Shown here in pieces: positions 1 to 9,789 of a stretch of 27,782 bases of DNA. The notes under the pieces were generated by a model. The model saw only the letters and a program-made list of their open reading frames with translations, was not told the DNA's origin and did not search any database. Source of the DNA: a virus. Lineage: Duplodnaviria; Caudoviricetes. Location of the stretch: IMG/VR virus record IMGVR_UViG_3300032319_000806, positions 1 to 27,782 of that record; one strand, given 5' to 3'. A program made the translations under genes and the position numbers. The stretch's first letter is position 1. The number at the start of each line of letters is the position of its first letter.

Positions 1-1878
1 AGAAGATTGAATAACAGAACTACTCTCGCAAGGCATACAAGAAGAAAGAGTTGAATGTCTTAATCCAAATTCTTTAATGTCTTTTCTTAGCTTTTCCCAA
101 TCGAGTGATAATTTTCTTTTGCAAATTTCATCTACTTTGTCTTTATATGTATCAATTGGTAATATACCTTCAGAATATTTTGTATGATCAAACTTTTCAC
201 ATCTGCCTTTTTCTTTAGCTAATTGCAAGCTACTACTTAAGAGGTAATATTGGAAATGTTCCATCCATTCATCAATAATTGATAATGACTTATCATTTGA
301 ATATTTTAATTCATTTTTAGCAAGGAAAGCGGCTAAATTAGTAATTCCAATACCAAGACTTCTACGTTTTTTAGCAAAATTCTCAGCAGCAATATTAAAA
401 TAGTCTTGAAGATCAATGATTTCTTCTAGAAATCTTACGATAAGATCGCAGGTCTTTTCAAGATCTTGCCAATTTTTAATTTCTAACATATTTACTGCTG
501 AAAGAATACACATTCCAATTTCACCATCTTTATCATTATAATCATTTAAAGGAATAGTAGGATGAATAACCTCAGTACAAAGATTGCTCATGGTTACTTT
601 ATCTGACCAAGCTCCATGTTCATTAGCGTGATCTACGTTGAGAATATAAATACGACCAGTCTCAACTCTTTCTTTAACTATAAGAGAAAATAATTTACGA
701 GCAGATACTTTCTTTTTTAACTTTAACTTTTTAGATTCACATTCTTTGTATACTTTATCAAAGTCTTTTGTTCCCCATGCTTCATAAAGTTCTGGAACTT
801 CTGCGTTATTAAATAAAGTAATATCTTCGTCTTTTAATACTCTATCGTAAAATAGTTTGCTCATACCAACAGTATAATCAAGTTTACGAACTCTATTATC
901 ATCTGTGCCAGCATTATTTTTTAAAACAATAATATCTTCGATCTCATAATGCCACCATTGAATATTACAAGTTGCACTACCACCCCTCAACCCATTTTGT
1001 TGCCAAGCCTTTACGCTACTTTCATAGATTTTTAAAAATGGAATTAAACCAGTATGAACAACTTCTCCATTTTTAATTGGAGAACCAATAGCTCTAATTT
1101 TGCTTACATCAATTCCAATACCACATCTATTAGCAGTAGCCATACTAACAGCAGTAGCACTAGCTGTAATACTTTCCCTTGTGTCATCTACCCCAATCAA
1201 ACAACAGCTAGCGTAATTTCTACTACTTGTTCTTACTCCAGCCATTACTGGTGTTGGAAGATTAATTTTGTGCTTACTAATAGCATCATAAAACTTTCTA
1301 ATATAATTTACTCTTGTTTCTATTGGATAATTTATAAAAGCATAAGCAGATATTAACAAGTAAGCAAACTGTGGAGTTTCATAAATTACTCCATTTGTTC
1401 TATTCTTAATTAAATACTTATCACATAATTGTTTAATTCCAGCATAAGTAAAAACAAAATCTCTTTCGTGGTCAATAAATTCGCCCATTTTATTGATTTC
1501 ATCTTCAGTATATTTTTCTAAGATGATTGCATCATAAATTTTATTTTTTATACCATTTTGTATAAATTCTATTAGTCGTGGTGCATGTTTGCCTTTCCAT
1601 ACATCTTTACGCAATTGGTAGTTTAAAAGTCTACTTGCTACATATTGATAGTTTGGATTTTCGATGCTAATTAAATTTGCTGCGCTCTCAATGATAAGTT
1701 TATGAATTTCTTCAGTAGAAACTCCTTCGTGCATATTAATTTTAGCATTGATTTCAATATCTGTGAGACTTACGCCAGATAAACCATCAATTGCCCACTT
1801 TATTACTTTATTGATTTTTTCTATATCAAATTTTTCAGAACTTCCATTACGTTTTTTAACTAAAATATTTTTATTCAT
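1..1878 (-). CDS. nrdA: Ribonucleoside-diphosphate reductase class Ia alpha subunit (3' end runs off the window; absent from the ORF track)
   Basis: Hand translation from the ATG at 1878 gives MNKNILVKKRNGSSEKFDIEKINKVIKWA (ATP cone), the catalytic SNLCTE motif near 570-590, and GLRHSTLSSCMPCESSS at the window edge (E. coli GLRNSTLSALMPSETSS). Confidence 0.95.
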   Translation of the reverse strand, partial: MNKNILVKKRNGSSEKFDIEKINKVIKWAIDGLSGVSLTDIEINAKINMHEGVSTEEIHKLIIESAANLISIENPNYQYVASRLLNYQLRKDVWKGKHAPRLIEFIQNGIKNKIYDAIILEKYTEDEINKMGEFIDHERDFVFTYAGIKQLCDKYLIKNRTNGVIYETPQFAYLLISAYAFINYPIETRVNYIRKFYDAISKHKINLPTPVMAGVRTSSRNYASCCLIGVDDTRESITASATAVSMATANRCGIGIDVSKIRAIGSPIKNGEVVHTGLIPFLKIYESSVKAWQQNGLRGGSATCNIQWWHYEIEDIIVLKNNAGTDDNRVRKLDYTVGMSKLFYDRVLKDEDITLFNNAEVPELYEAWGTKDFDKVYKECESKKLKLKKKVSARKLFSLIVKERVETGRIYILNVDHANEHGAWSDKVTMSNLCTEVIHPTIPLNDYNDKDGEIGMCILSAVNMLEIKNWQDLEKTCDLIVRFLEEIIDLQDYFNIAAENFAKKRRSLGIGITNLAAFLAKNELKYSNDKSLSIIDEWMEHFQYYLLSSSLQLAKEKGRCEKFDHTKYSEGILPIDTYKDKVDEICKRKLSLDWEKLRKDIKEFGLRHSTLSSCMPCESSSVIQSS

Positions 1879-2025
1879 ATCAAGAGACTAGATTCTATAT
1901 TACATCATTCTTAACAGATATAAAAGGAAAAAATTACCCATTTGTGAATAAAATTTACATTTCATATATTCTTGTGTAAGGGTTAGTATATTTTTTATTG
2001 AGTTTTAAATATAAAGTATTTATAG

Positions 2026-2031
2026 GTGTAA
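2026..2031 (+). promoter_or_regulatory. GTGTAA motif, candidate phage-sigma promoter element
   Basis: AGGTGTAAT context, with GTGTAA 8 nt before the tail-fibre ATG; the same AGGTGTAAT lies upstream of the portal gene. Confidence 0.5.
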
Positions 2032-2039
2032 TAAGTATT

Positions 2040-4124
2040 ATGGCAAGAACACTTCAAGTAGAAAGTATTAATAGTTCATCTACAGGTTTAGATTTACAAA
2101 CTCTAGGCTCTAGTAGATTATTTATAAATAGTAGTGGAAATGTTGGAATTGGGACTACGAGTCCTAGCGGGAAGCTTTACGTTGCAGGATCAAACACAAC
2201 ATCTTTTGGCGACAGGGCATCGGCAACTCTTGTATTAAATAGTGCCAGCGGAGTGGATGCGAATAGGGTAAATTCAATACTATTCGGAGGCGAATTATCA
2301 GACACAAACAGTGCCGCAGGGATAGCGTTCAAATATACAGACTCATCTGGAAAGGGAAATGGTGCAATTCTATTTGCAACTCGGAGTGTTACAACTGATA
2401 CAGCACCGACAGAACGCCTCCGAATTGATTCGAGCGGAAATGTCGGGATTGGAACTACGAGTCCAGTATCAGTTCTTGATATATCAAAAGCATCAGACAC
2501 AAGCGAAAGAGCAATCAAAGTACAAAACTCCTCATCTGATTTGTATATTGGGACAGAAGGAGCATCTGGAAATAGATTCTCAGGAAGTTCTACTAATAAT
2601 GTTTTCTTTGGAACAACAAGTGCCGCAGGAATAGAATTTGCAACGAATAATACTGTACGAGCTAAAATTGATTCGAGTGGGAATGTTGGGATTGGGGTGG
2701 CGGGTCCTGCAACAAAACTTCATGTTCAAGGAGCAGGAACAACATCTGCATTTTATACAAATGGAGATGCTGTAAATCAAACATTATATCTTCAATCTTC
2801 AGGAGGATTGTCTGGAGATGGTGGACAAATACTTTTTGGTGCAAGCCAAGGAGCATTTGCTGGAATTAAGGCTTATATTACTAATGGAAATGGACCTGCT
2901 GGTGATTTGATATTTCAAACAAGAACTACTTCTGGAAATGTTGTGGAAAGAATGAGAATTGATTATAGTGGAAATGTTGGGATTGGTGCAAGTCCAATAG
3001 ATCAACTTACTATAGGGGGAACAGGAAGAATAAATTTTGGAGGCTCTGTTATTACAGACACTATTGCTGGAATTTATTTTCATACTGCTGGTAGCACATC
3101 TTATGCAATTCACAGAACAAGTGGAGCATGGACAGCTAGCACATATCAACAATTAAGAATGGGATTTGATACTGGCATAGTATTAGATGGTGGAACAGCT
3201 CATGCTAATAGTTTTGTTAGAGTTGATGGAACTGGAATAAGAGTAGCAACAGGAAATATTGGAATTGGAACAACAACAAAAGCTTTAAGTTATAAATTAG
3301 AGATAAATGGTAGTAATTGGACTGATTGTTGTAGAATAAATGCCAGCGGGACTTCTTCTGGAATAGAATTTTGGGATACCCCTTCTGGAACATTAGTAAG
3401 AAAAGGAGTTTTATATACAAATAGCGAAGGTTTTGGTCTTTTAAATTCTGCTACTTCTTGGGCATTAAGAGTTAATCATGGAACAACTAATGTAGTAATT
3501 CCTAATGGAAGTCTTACGGTTGGTCAAGATGTTATAACAAATGCAAATTATGGTTATGGTCTTGTAGGAGTTTATCCTGGTGCTGCAGACAAATTTCAAT
3601 CTGTTTACGCTATGAGTACATCATATACTATGAAAGCAGATGGAAGTAGTTTAAGCGCTGGTGCTGGTGGAAATAATTTTTATGGCATAGCTTGGTCTCA
3701 TCCAAATGCTGGTGGACAAGCAGCGAATTTAACAGATCATGGCATTTTGATAGCTACTAATGGAACTACTAAAACAGCTATATCTAGTAGCATATGGTGT
3801 ATTGGTAATATAACTGCTTACTCTGATGAAAGAGTAAAAACAAATTGGCGTAATTTTGACAACAATTTTATAGAAAAATTAGCTAAAGTTAAGAGCGGAA
3901 TTTTTGATAGAACAGATCTGAGTGAAAAAGAAAATGGATTTAAAACTCAAGTTGGAGTATCTGCTCAAAGCTTAAAAGAAGTTATTCCAAATGCTGTAAC
4001 ATGTAACTCAGAAGGTATGCTTTCTGTTTCTTATGGCAATGCAGCAATGGCATCTTGTGTAGAATTAGCAAAAGAAATATTGAAATTAAAAGAAGAAATA
4101 GCTAAAATAAAAGAAAACAAATAA
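2040..4124 (+). CDS. Tail fibre protein with GNVGIG repeats and C-terminal peptidase S74 intramolecular chaperone
   Basis: Five GN(V/I)GIG repeats, S74 autocleavage motif YSDERVKTN and a terminal coiled coil. The ATG at 2040 is preferred over the TTG at 1998. Confidence 0.85.
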   Translation: MARTLQVESINSSSTGLDLQTLGSSRLFINSSGNVGIGTTSPSGKLYVAGSNTTSFGDRASATLVLNSASGVDANRVNSILFGGELSDTNSAAGIAFKYTDSSGKGNGAILFATRSVTTDTAPTERLRIDSSGNVGIGTTSPVSVLDISKASDTSERAIKVQNSSSDLYIGTEGASGNRFSGSSTNNVFFGTTSAAGIEFATNNTVRAKIDSSGNVGIGVAGPATKLHVQGAGTTSAFYTNGDAVNQTLYLQSSGGLSGDGGQILFGASQGAFAGIKAYITNGNGPAGDLIFQTRTTSGNVVERMRIDYSGNVGIGASPIDQLTIGGTGRINFGGSVITDTIAGIYFHTAGSTSYAIHRTSGAWTASTYQQLRMGFDTGIVLDGGTAHANSFVRVDGTGIRVATGNIGIGTTTKALSYKLEINGSNWTDCCRINASGTSSGIEFWDTPSGTLVRKGVLYTNSEGFGLLNSATSWALRVNHGTTNVVIPNGSLTVGQDVITNANYGYGLVGVYPGAADKFQSVYAMSTSYTMKADGSSLSAGAGGNNFYGIAWSHPNAGGQAANLTDHGILIATNGTTKTAISSSIWCIGNITAYSDERVKTNWRNFDNNFIEKLAKVKSGIFDRTDLSEKENGFKTQVGVSAQSLKEVIPNAVTCNSEGMLSVSYGNAAMASCVELAKEILKLKEEIAKIKENK
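2136..3270 (+). repeat. Five dispersed intragenic GN(V/I)GIG-coding repeats
   Basis: Copies start near 2136, 2436, 2679, 2970 and 3252. Copies 1 and 2 are near-identical in DNA (ggaaatgtYggRattggRactacgagtcc) and 300 nt apart. Confidence 0.8.
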
Positions 4125-4127
4125 TTT

Positions 4128-5114
4128 ATGGCTCTGCCGTCGTCTCCAAATTCAATTAGCTTAGATCAAGTTAATATTGAACTTTTATTAACTGCTGGAA
4201 GTAAAATAACAATGAATGATTCATCAGTTAGGAGTTTATTTGGTAGAGCTGGTTCTGAAACAGCTATATCTATGAGCGATGGTCATGGAAAAAGTTATAA
4301 TACTTTTGGTAGAATTTTAGTAGTTGGTGGCGGAGGAGGAGGTGGTAATGGATATGCAGAAAGAAATTGTGGCAATGGATTTTTAAGATGGTATTCGGGC
4401 GGAGGCGGAGGAGGTGGTGGAGTCATAAGTGCACTCAGTGTACCAATATATTTTGGTGCAATATATGATGTTGTAGTTGGTTTAGGAGGAGCTTCAGTTC
4501 AACAGGGAGGTAATTCTTCTGTTCTTGGATATACAGCTATAGGAGGTGGAGGAGGAGAAAGTTACGGGAGTACTCAAAAAAACGGAGGGTCTGGTGGAGG
4601 AGGAAGTTCTGGTTATGATGCATCGACTGGAGGAGGAACTGGAACAACAGGACAAGGAAATAATGGAGGGAATGGAGTAGGTACAACACCTGGTGGGTAT
4701 AACGCAACATATAATAGTCCAAAAGCTGGAGGAGGAGGTGGGGCAGGTGGAGTAGGATCTGCTGGTTCATATAGTACTACAGCAAATGTAGCAGGAGGTG
4801 CAGGTGGAGCTGGCCTTGCAAATGATATAACTGGAACATCAGTAACTTATGCTGGTGGAGGACAAGGTGGCCAAGGAGGTGTTGCTGGAACTAGTTCAGC
4901 AACAATTGGAGGAGGAGGGGGTGGAGCCAAAACTAATGCTTATACTTGTAATCCAGTAAATACTGGTACAGGAGGTGTAGGAACCGCAGGGTGCGTAATT
5001 ATTCGTATATCATCATCAATTAATGTTACAACAACTGGAACAGTAGCAGTTACAACTATAGGTACAGATAAAGCATATAAGTTTACAACTACAGGAACTA
5101 TAAGCCTTATTTAA
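4128..5114 (+). CDS. Glycine-rich virion protein, probable tail-fibre tip adhesin
   Basis: N-terminus MALPSSPNSISLDQVNIEL...ISMSDGHGKS, then LVVGGGGGGG and many polyglycine runs; starts 3 nt after the fibre gene. Confidence 0.7.
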   Translation: MALPSSPNSISLDQVNIELLLTAGSKITMNDSSVRSLFGRAGSETAISMSDGHGKSYNTFGRILVVGGGGGGGNGYAERNCGNGFLRWYSGGGGGGGGVISALSVPIYFGAIYDVVVGLGGASVQQGGNSSVLGYTAIGGGGGESYGSTQKNGGSGGGGSSGYDASTGGGTGTTGQGNNGGNGVGTTPGGYNATYNSPKAGGGGGAGGVGSAGSYSTTANVAGGAGGAGLANDITGTSVTYAGGGQGGQGGVAGTSSATIGGGGGGAKTNAYTCNPVNTGTGGVGTAGCVIIRISSSINVTTTGTVAVTTIGTDKAYKFTTTGTISLI

Positions 5115-6988
5115 ACTTTACTATTTCTTAATATACTAGCTATGTAAGAGTCTACTTGATGATTTTCTGCAATTTCTAAAACTTCATTTATATTTTCTTT
5201 ATTTTTATCAATTGGATTCTCTATATAACTAGCAGCACTCTCAATCCATTTCTCAGAATCTTCATTAGATACAATCATTTTAGAAATATCGTTCACAATA
5301 GTCTTTTGTTGTTTATTTAATTTCTTAATTTTGAATTTTTCTTTAATTAAATCTGATACATGATCTTCCAATTTAGATGCAAGAATAAAGTTCTCTCCAA
5401 CTTTTTTAGCACTAAATTCCGCTTTAGATTGTTTACCAGTACCAATAGGACTTACATTTTTTGTAGCTTGAGGTGTTCCAGTACTACCCGTTGGTCTTCC
5501 ACCAGCTTGTTGATTTCCACCAATAACAGGAAGATAATATCCTTGGTCTCTTAATTCTTTATACTTCTTTTGACTTTCAATAGAAGATTCTGCATCTGGT
5601 AATCTACCACTTTCAATAGCCTTAAGACCTTCTTCTGGAGTTAATATTCCAAGTTCCATTAATCTATTATATACTCTAGAATACTGAATGTCATCTTTCA
5701 AATCAATATCCTCGAAGAATGGTGTTGGATAATTTTTAAATCCAAGACTTTTACTCATTCTAATAATTTCTGGAGCAAGGAACTCGTTAATGAATGCTTC
5801 TCTTGCTTGTTTTAATCTTTCAATAAAGACTTGTACTTTAATACTTGTATTTGCAAATTTCTCACTTCCAATAAGAATATTATTTAAACCGATTTGAATA
5901 TCTCTATCTATAACTTCATACTTCTTAGGATCAAGAAGGTCTGCAATTGGAGGAACAACGAATTCAGCTTTTGTTGTATAGTCCGCTATTAAAACTCTTC
6001 CAACACTTTCATTTTGAAATAGAGCTTGCATAGCTTCAAGATTCTTTTGATTGATACCACCCTTGTCTGGGTCTGTTCCCATAGTAATAAGAAGAATTGC
6101 TTGTTGCATTGTTCTTGCGATTGCCATATCCATTTTACGCATTTCAGCTTTAGCATTAATATCTTCAAGAACTGGAAATCCCATTGGCACAGAAAACGGC
6201 TCATAATCTTGCTTCTTATAAAATACAGCAACTAATCTATGAGAATCTAATGGCATAATTGCAACATTAGCTTTCTTTTGAATATTATCTTTTACTTCTT
6301 GAGGTAATGATTCGTACACTTCTTTATCTTCTTCTGTTCTTGGGCTACGAAGTCTTTCCAATTCATAATCACTTAATACTTTATAAAATCTATTTGTTAC
6401 GAAACTAATATTACCAGCAATTTGAATATCTGCTGGATTAATAATTATATATCTAGCTGGCAAAGTAACAGAAGCGGCTTTGCTAATACCAAATGTTTGT
6501 GTGATTTTAATTAAATCATCTTCTTTAATATTGGTATCAAATCTATATATGAATACATTACCAGAACGATAGTACTCTCTAAAAAACTTATCTTGAAAAC
6601 TCCAAAGATTAATTTTATTAAATAATGCTTCAAAAAAATCTCTGCTCTTTTGACTTCCACCTTTAAAATAAATTTTACTAGAACTAAATTCTGTCATTAA
6701 ATCTACTGTGTTTCTAAATATTGCAAAATTATAATAAGCTTTTTGACACAAAATAACAGCATCTCTAACGTCCATATTAGACGAGCTATAAACGCTTGTA
6801 GAAGATCTATTAAATGGTATTAGTCCATTAGTAATATTAGCGTATTTATCTGTTCTTTCTATAGTAGCAGATCTATTTCTTCTGAGCTTATCAGAAGCCT
6901 TAATCTCTTTCATTCCTGCCACAGCCATCAAAGGCTCACCACTTGTATAGTTTGTTAATTTTTCGTCTTTTTGAAGTTTTTTAGCCAT
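5111..6988 (-). CDS. Putative portal protein
   Basis: 625 aa gene directly downstream of TerL; size and position fit a portal, but no diagnostic motif is certain. Confidence 0.7.
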   Translation of the reverse strand: MAKKLQKDEKLTNYTSGEPLMAVAGMKEIKASDKLRRNRSATIERTDKYANITNGLIPFNRSSTSVYSSSNMDVRDAVILCQKAYYNFAIFRNTVDLMTEFSSSKIYFKGGSQKSRDFFEALFNKINLWSFQDKFFREYYRSGNVFIYRFDTNIKEDDLIKITQTFGISKAASVTLPARYIIINPADIQIAGNISFVTNRFYKVLSDYELERLRSPRTEEDKEVYESLPQEVKDNIQKKANVAIMPLDSHRLVAVFYKKQDYEPFSVPMGFPVLEDINAKAEMRKMDMAIARTMQQAILLITMGTDPDKGGINQKNLEAMQALFQNESVGRVLIADYTTKAEFVVPPIADLLDPKKYEVIDRDIQIGLNNILIGSEKFANTSIKVQVFIERLKQAREAFINEFLAPEIIRMSKSLGFKNYPTPFFEDIDLKDDIQYSRVYNRLMELGILTPEEGLKAIESGRLPDAESSIESQKKYKELRDQGYYLPVIGGNQQAGGRPTGSTGTPQATKNVSPIGTGKQSKAEFSAKKVGENFILASKLEDHVSDLIKEKFKIKKLNKQQKTIVNDISKMIVSNEDSEKWIESAASYIENPIDKNKENINEVLEIAENHQVDSYIASILRNSKV

Positions 6989-7007
6989 TTTTGTTTATTT
7001 TTAAATA

Positions 7008-7013
7008 TTACAC
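7008..7013 (-). promoter_or_regulatory. GTGTAA motif upstream of portal
   Basis: The minus strand reads TAG-GTGTAATATTTAAA, with the motif 19 nt before the portal ATG in the 25-nt TerL-portal gap. Confidence 0.5.
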
Positions 7014-8846
7014 CTATTTTAACATTATAGGCGTAAATGTATCATTTTCCATTTTATTCTCAATTTTATTCATATCATAGTATATTTTACTTGCCCAATT
7101 ACCAAGCATAAGAGCAGTATATCTATCTTTTCTAGCCCTGCTAGAACTAGTGTTTCTTTTTAAATGTTGTGGCAAGTCAAATGATTGAAGACCTCGGCTA
7201 GTACTCTTGACCTCGATTAAACTACATTCTTTCTTTGTTCCATAAATCATATCATCTTGATTCTCAATAAAATCAATTAAATTATCAAATCCAGTATTCT
7301 CTATGTTAATATTACTACCAGTTATTCTTCCAAAGGAATCTCCATTTGCAGATATTCTACTAGCAAACCATATTTTCTTATGATCTATACTTGCTTGAAG
7401 ATATTCATTTCCTTTACGAATAAACTCCGTAGTAAACACTTGCTTAAAGCAAATTCTTTTCGTTTCTTTATTGTATTGTCTTTTTGCATCTTTTAACATT
7501 AGGTCATATTCCATTCCTTCGGCATCTGAATTAACATCGAAAAATTTAAGGTCAATTCCAGACTTTCTAAATAATTCATTTTCATTCGCAGAGTCAATAA
7601 ATTGATATCCAGCATTATCAATGATAATCATTTCCACATTAAAATTATTTAATAAATAATGAAAATATAAGATATGATCTTTAAGATCTCCACCAGCTAC
7701 AGCATAAGAATGAACAATGATACAATCTTTCTTTTCATCATCAATTTCTAAAACGCTCATAGCAAAATAATCTGAACTTGGACTGTTGCTAAAGCTTGGA
7801 TCAATTGCTAGTATATATTTTTTATCTTTATCTCCATATATTTTAGAAGTTGGATTTTCGCCATCTTTGATTGTGCATTCATGCATCTTCTTTGCCGAAA
7901 AATAACTATCACTTCCATCTGTAAATTGGGCGCAATATTCTCTTAAGAAACCACTATGGCTTAATCCACCAGCTTGAGCTTCTTCAATAATAGTTTTATC
8001 AACCATTTCTTCTGGTAGAGATTCGTATCCCATTTGACTTACAAAATATGTAGCATCTCTAACTGCTTCATCAGAATAAATATTAGCAACCCATTCTTGA
8101 TAGGTCTTATAAAGATTTTCAAATGTATAACTAGCAGAAGAAAGAGCAATCATTTTTGATTTGTTTGGAAATACCATTCTTTCGTCTTCTTTCATTAAGC
8201 CTTCAGCAATTAGCTTATCTTCCATTTCTCGAATTTGAATTCGCTCTTTCATATTTTGAGGAGCAACCAAAAACGGCATAAGAACGTTTTTAATAATTTC
8301 TTCTGGTATAAGTAGAAACTCATCAAGAACAAGAACATTAGCGCGAAATCCTCGAACCTTTTCACCATTAAGAGGAATAGCTACAATATTTCCACCATTG
8401 ATCTCCCATTCAAACAAGTCATTTCTTTTACTCTTAACTCCAAAAGCTTGTTGAAGTAATTGAGCTTCTTTACTATTTACTAATTTTTCTAGATTAGTAA
8501 AAATATTTCTAGCAGTTCTAAATGTTTGTCCAGCAATTAAGATTTTAGAATTAGGTTCAAATATGCATTGAAGGAAAATATAAACACTAGCTATAAATGA
8601 TTTCGAGCAACCTCGACCCCAAACACACATATTAAAATTACGATTAAAGAATCCTTTTAATGTTACTTCTTGATATGGAGCAAGTTTAATTCCACTTATT
8701 AACTCTGTAGTTAAACCTAAATTTGCTCTTAAGAATTTAGCTAAACTTATTTTAGCTTCTTTATCCAGCATCGTGCCTTCAATTTTTAATAATTCTTTAT
8801 TAAAATCAACTAAATCTTTGTTATATTTATCATTACAATACCACAT
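7014..8846 (-). CDS. terL: Terminase large subunit
   Basis: LAPYQ adenine-binding motif, Walker A WGRGCSKS, RGFRA, Walker B VLVLDE, nuclease domain ILAIDPS and C-terminal KDRYTA. Confidence 0.9.
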   Translation of the reverse strand: MWYCNDKYNKDLVDFNKELLKIEGTMLDKEAKISLAKFLRANLGLTTELISGIKLAPYQEVTLKGFFNRNFNMCVWGRGCSKSFIASVYIFLQCIFEPNSKILIAGQTFRTARNIFTNLEKLVNSKEAQLLQQAFGVKSKRNDLFEWEINGGNIVAIPLNGEKVRGFRANVLVLDEFLLIPEEIIKNVLMPFLVAPQNMKERIQIREMEDKLIAEGLMKEDERMVFPNKSKMIALSSASYTFENLYKTYQEWVANIYSDEAVRDATYFVSQMGYESLPEEMVDKTIIEEAQAGGLSHSGFLREYCAQFTDGSDSYFSAKKMHECTIKDGENPTSKIYGDKDKKYILAIDPSFSNSPSSDYFAMSVLEIDDEKKDCIIVHSYAVAGGDLKDHILYFHYLLNNFNVEMIIIDNAGYQFIDSANENELFRKSGIDLKFFDVNSDAEGMEYDLMLKDAKRQYNKETKRICFKQVFTTEFIRKGNEYLQASIDHKKIWFASRISANGDSFGRITGSNINIENTGFDNLIDFIENQDDMIYGTKKECSLIEVKSTSRGLQSFDLPQHLKRNTSSSRARKDRYTALMLGNWASKIYYDMNKIENKMENDTFTPIMLK

Positions 8847-8847
8847 A

Positions 8848-9789
8848 TTATATTATACCTTTATCGACAAGTAATTGCAAATCATATTTCTTATGTATAC
8901 AATTACCAGTTAAAATTTTTATTAATAGTTCTGAAGTTCTTTTTCTACCATCAGCAAAAACAAATTGAATATTATCATATTTTTGGCATAATTCTCGAAC
9001 TCTATGGAATATAAACTCTGGAGTAGCTTTAATCTTTTTTGAAATATGAGGTAAATAATTAAAAGAAAGTGCATCATTGATTGACTCTTCGATTAGTACT
9101 ACTAGATAATAATTAGCATTCTTTGCTCGTTCTATTTCATTATTAAATCGATCATAGCCAGCACTCATTGTGCCAATAAAGTCTGATAAGTTTTTTCTTT
9201 CAACTGCTGTAAAACAACACTTTTGCAAATCATTCAAAGTATAATCTCCAAAATCTAGTTTAGCCACTTGCTGTTGATATTTAAATCTAAGAGGCTTCTG
9301 TTCTCTAGTGTCAACCATTATTTGATAATCTTCAGATTCTTCAAAATTAAACTGCTCTCCACTATAAGATTCAAACTTTTTCTTAAGACCTATAGATTCG
9401 CATATACTATAATAGTCTAATTTATACTTATCAAATGTAACAATTGATGGCATTATTAAAGATCTTAGTTCAACTTGAGTTGGAGCATATACAAGATTCT
9501 TGTGTTCTTTTCTTTTACTCAATAAGCCAGTAAGAAATGGTTCTAATTTGCTTTGATCTAAATTCTTAACGTATGCTTTTAAATTATTTTTATTATTAAA
9601 GTCGTCAGTAAAGTATTGATCTTTATTTTTGAAGTTAATCATTTCTCCAGAATGTAAATCATATCTTGGAAAATACTTCTGATAATAAGTAGCTGTATTT
9701 ATTTTATGAGCTTTTAAGTGCAGATGTAAGAATTTATCTGCAGCGAATAATTGATTACAAATTTTGCATTCAACTTGCATCTCATCCAT
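8848..9789 (-). CDS. ERCC4/XPF-family nuclease with N-terminal C2H2 zinc finger
   Basis: CKIC...HLKAH zinc finger; ERCC4 motifs VDTREQ, GDY and VERKNLSDF. Confidence 0.85.
   Translation of the reverse strand: MDEMQVECKICNQLFAADKFLHLHLKAHKINTATYYQKYFPRYDLHSGEMINFKNKDQYFTDDFNNKNNLKAYVKNLDQSKLEPFLTGLLSKRKEHKNLVYAPTQVELRSLIMPSIVTFDKYKLDYYSICESIGLKKKFESYSGEQFNFEESEDYQIMVDTREQKPLRFKYQQQVAKLDFGDYTLNDLQKCCFTAVERKNLSDFIGTMSAGYDRFNNEIERAKNANYYLVVLIEESINDALSFNYLPHISKKIKATPEFIFHRVRELCQKYDNIQFVFADGRKRTSELLIKILTGNCIHKKYDLQLLVDKGII

Noticed and set aside
4320-4930. GGA/GGT runs as a microsatellite or phase-variable tract
   Set aside because: They are mixed synonymous Gly codons, explained by protein composition.
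1054-6235. Short track ORFs (1054, 2177, 2359, 2580, 2662, 2799, 3217, 4537, 5360, 5989, 6026)
   Set aside because: They are antisense or off-frame shadows of nrdA, the fibre, the adhesin and the portal, with no recognisable motifs.
1-8846. Intron or intein in nrdA or terL
   Set aside because: Motif spacing and lengths match uninterrupted proteins, and no splicing motifs were noticed.
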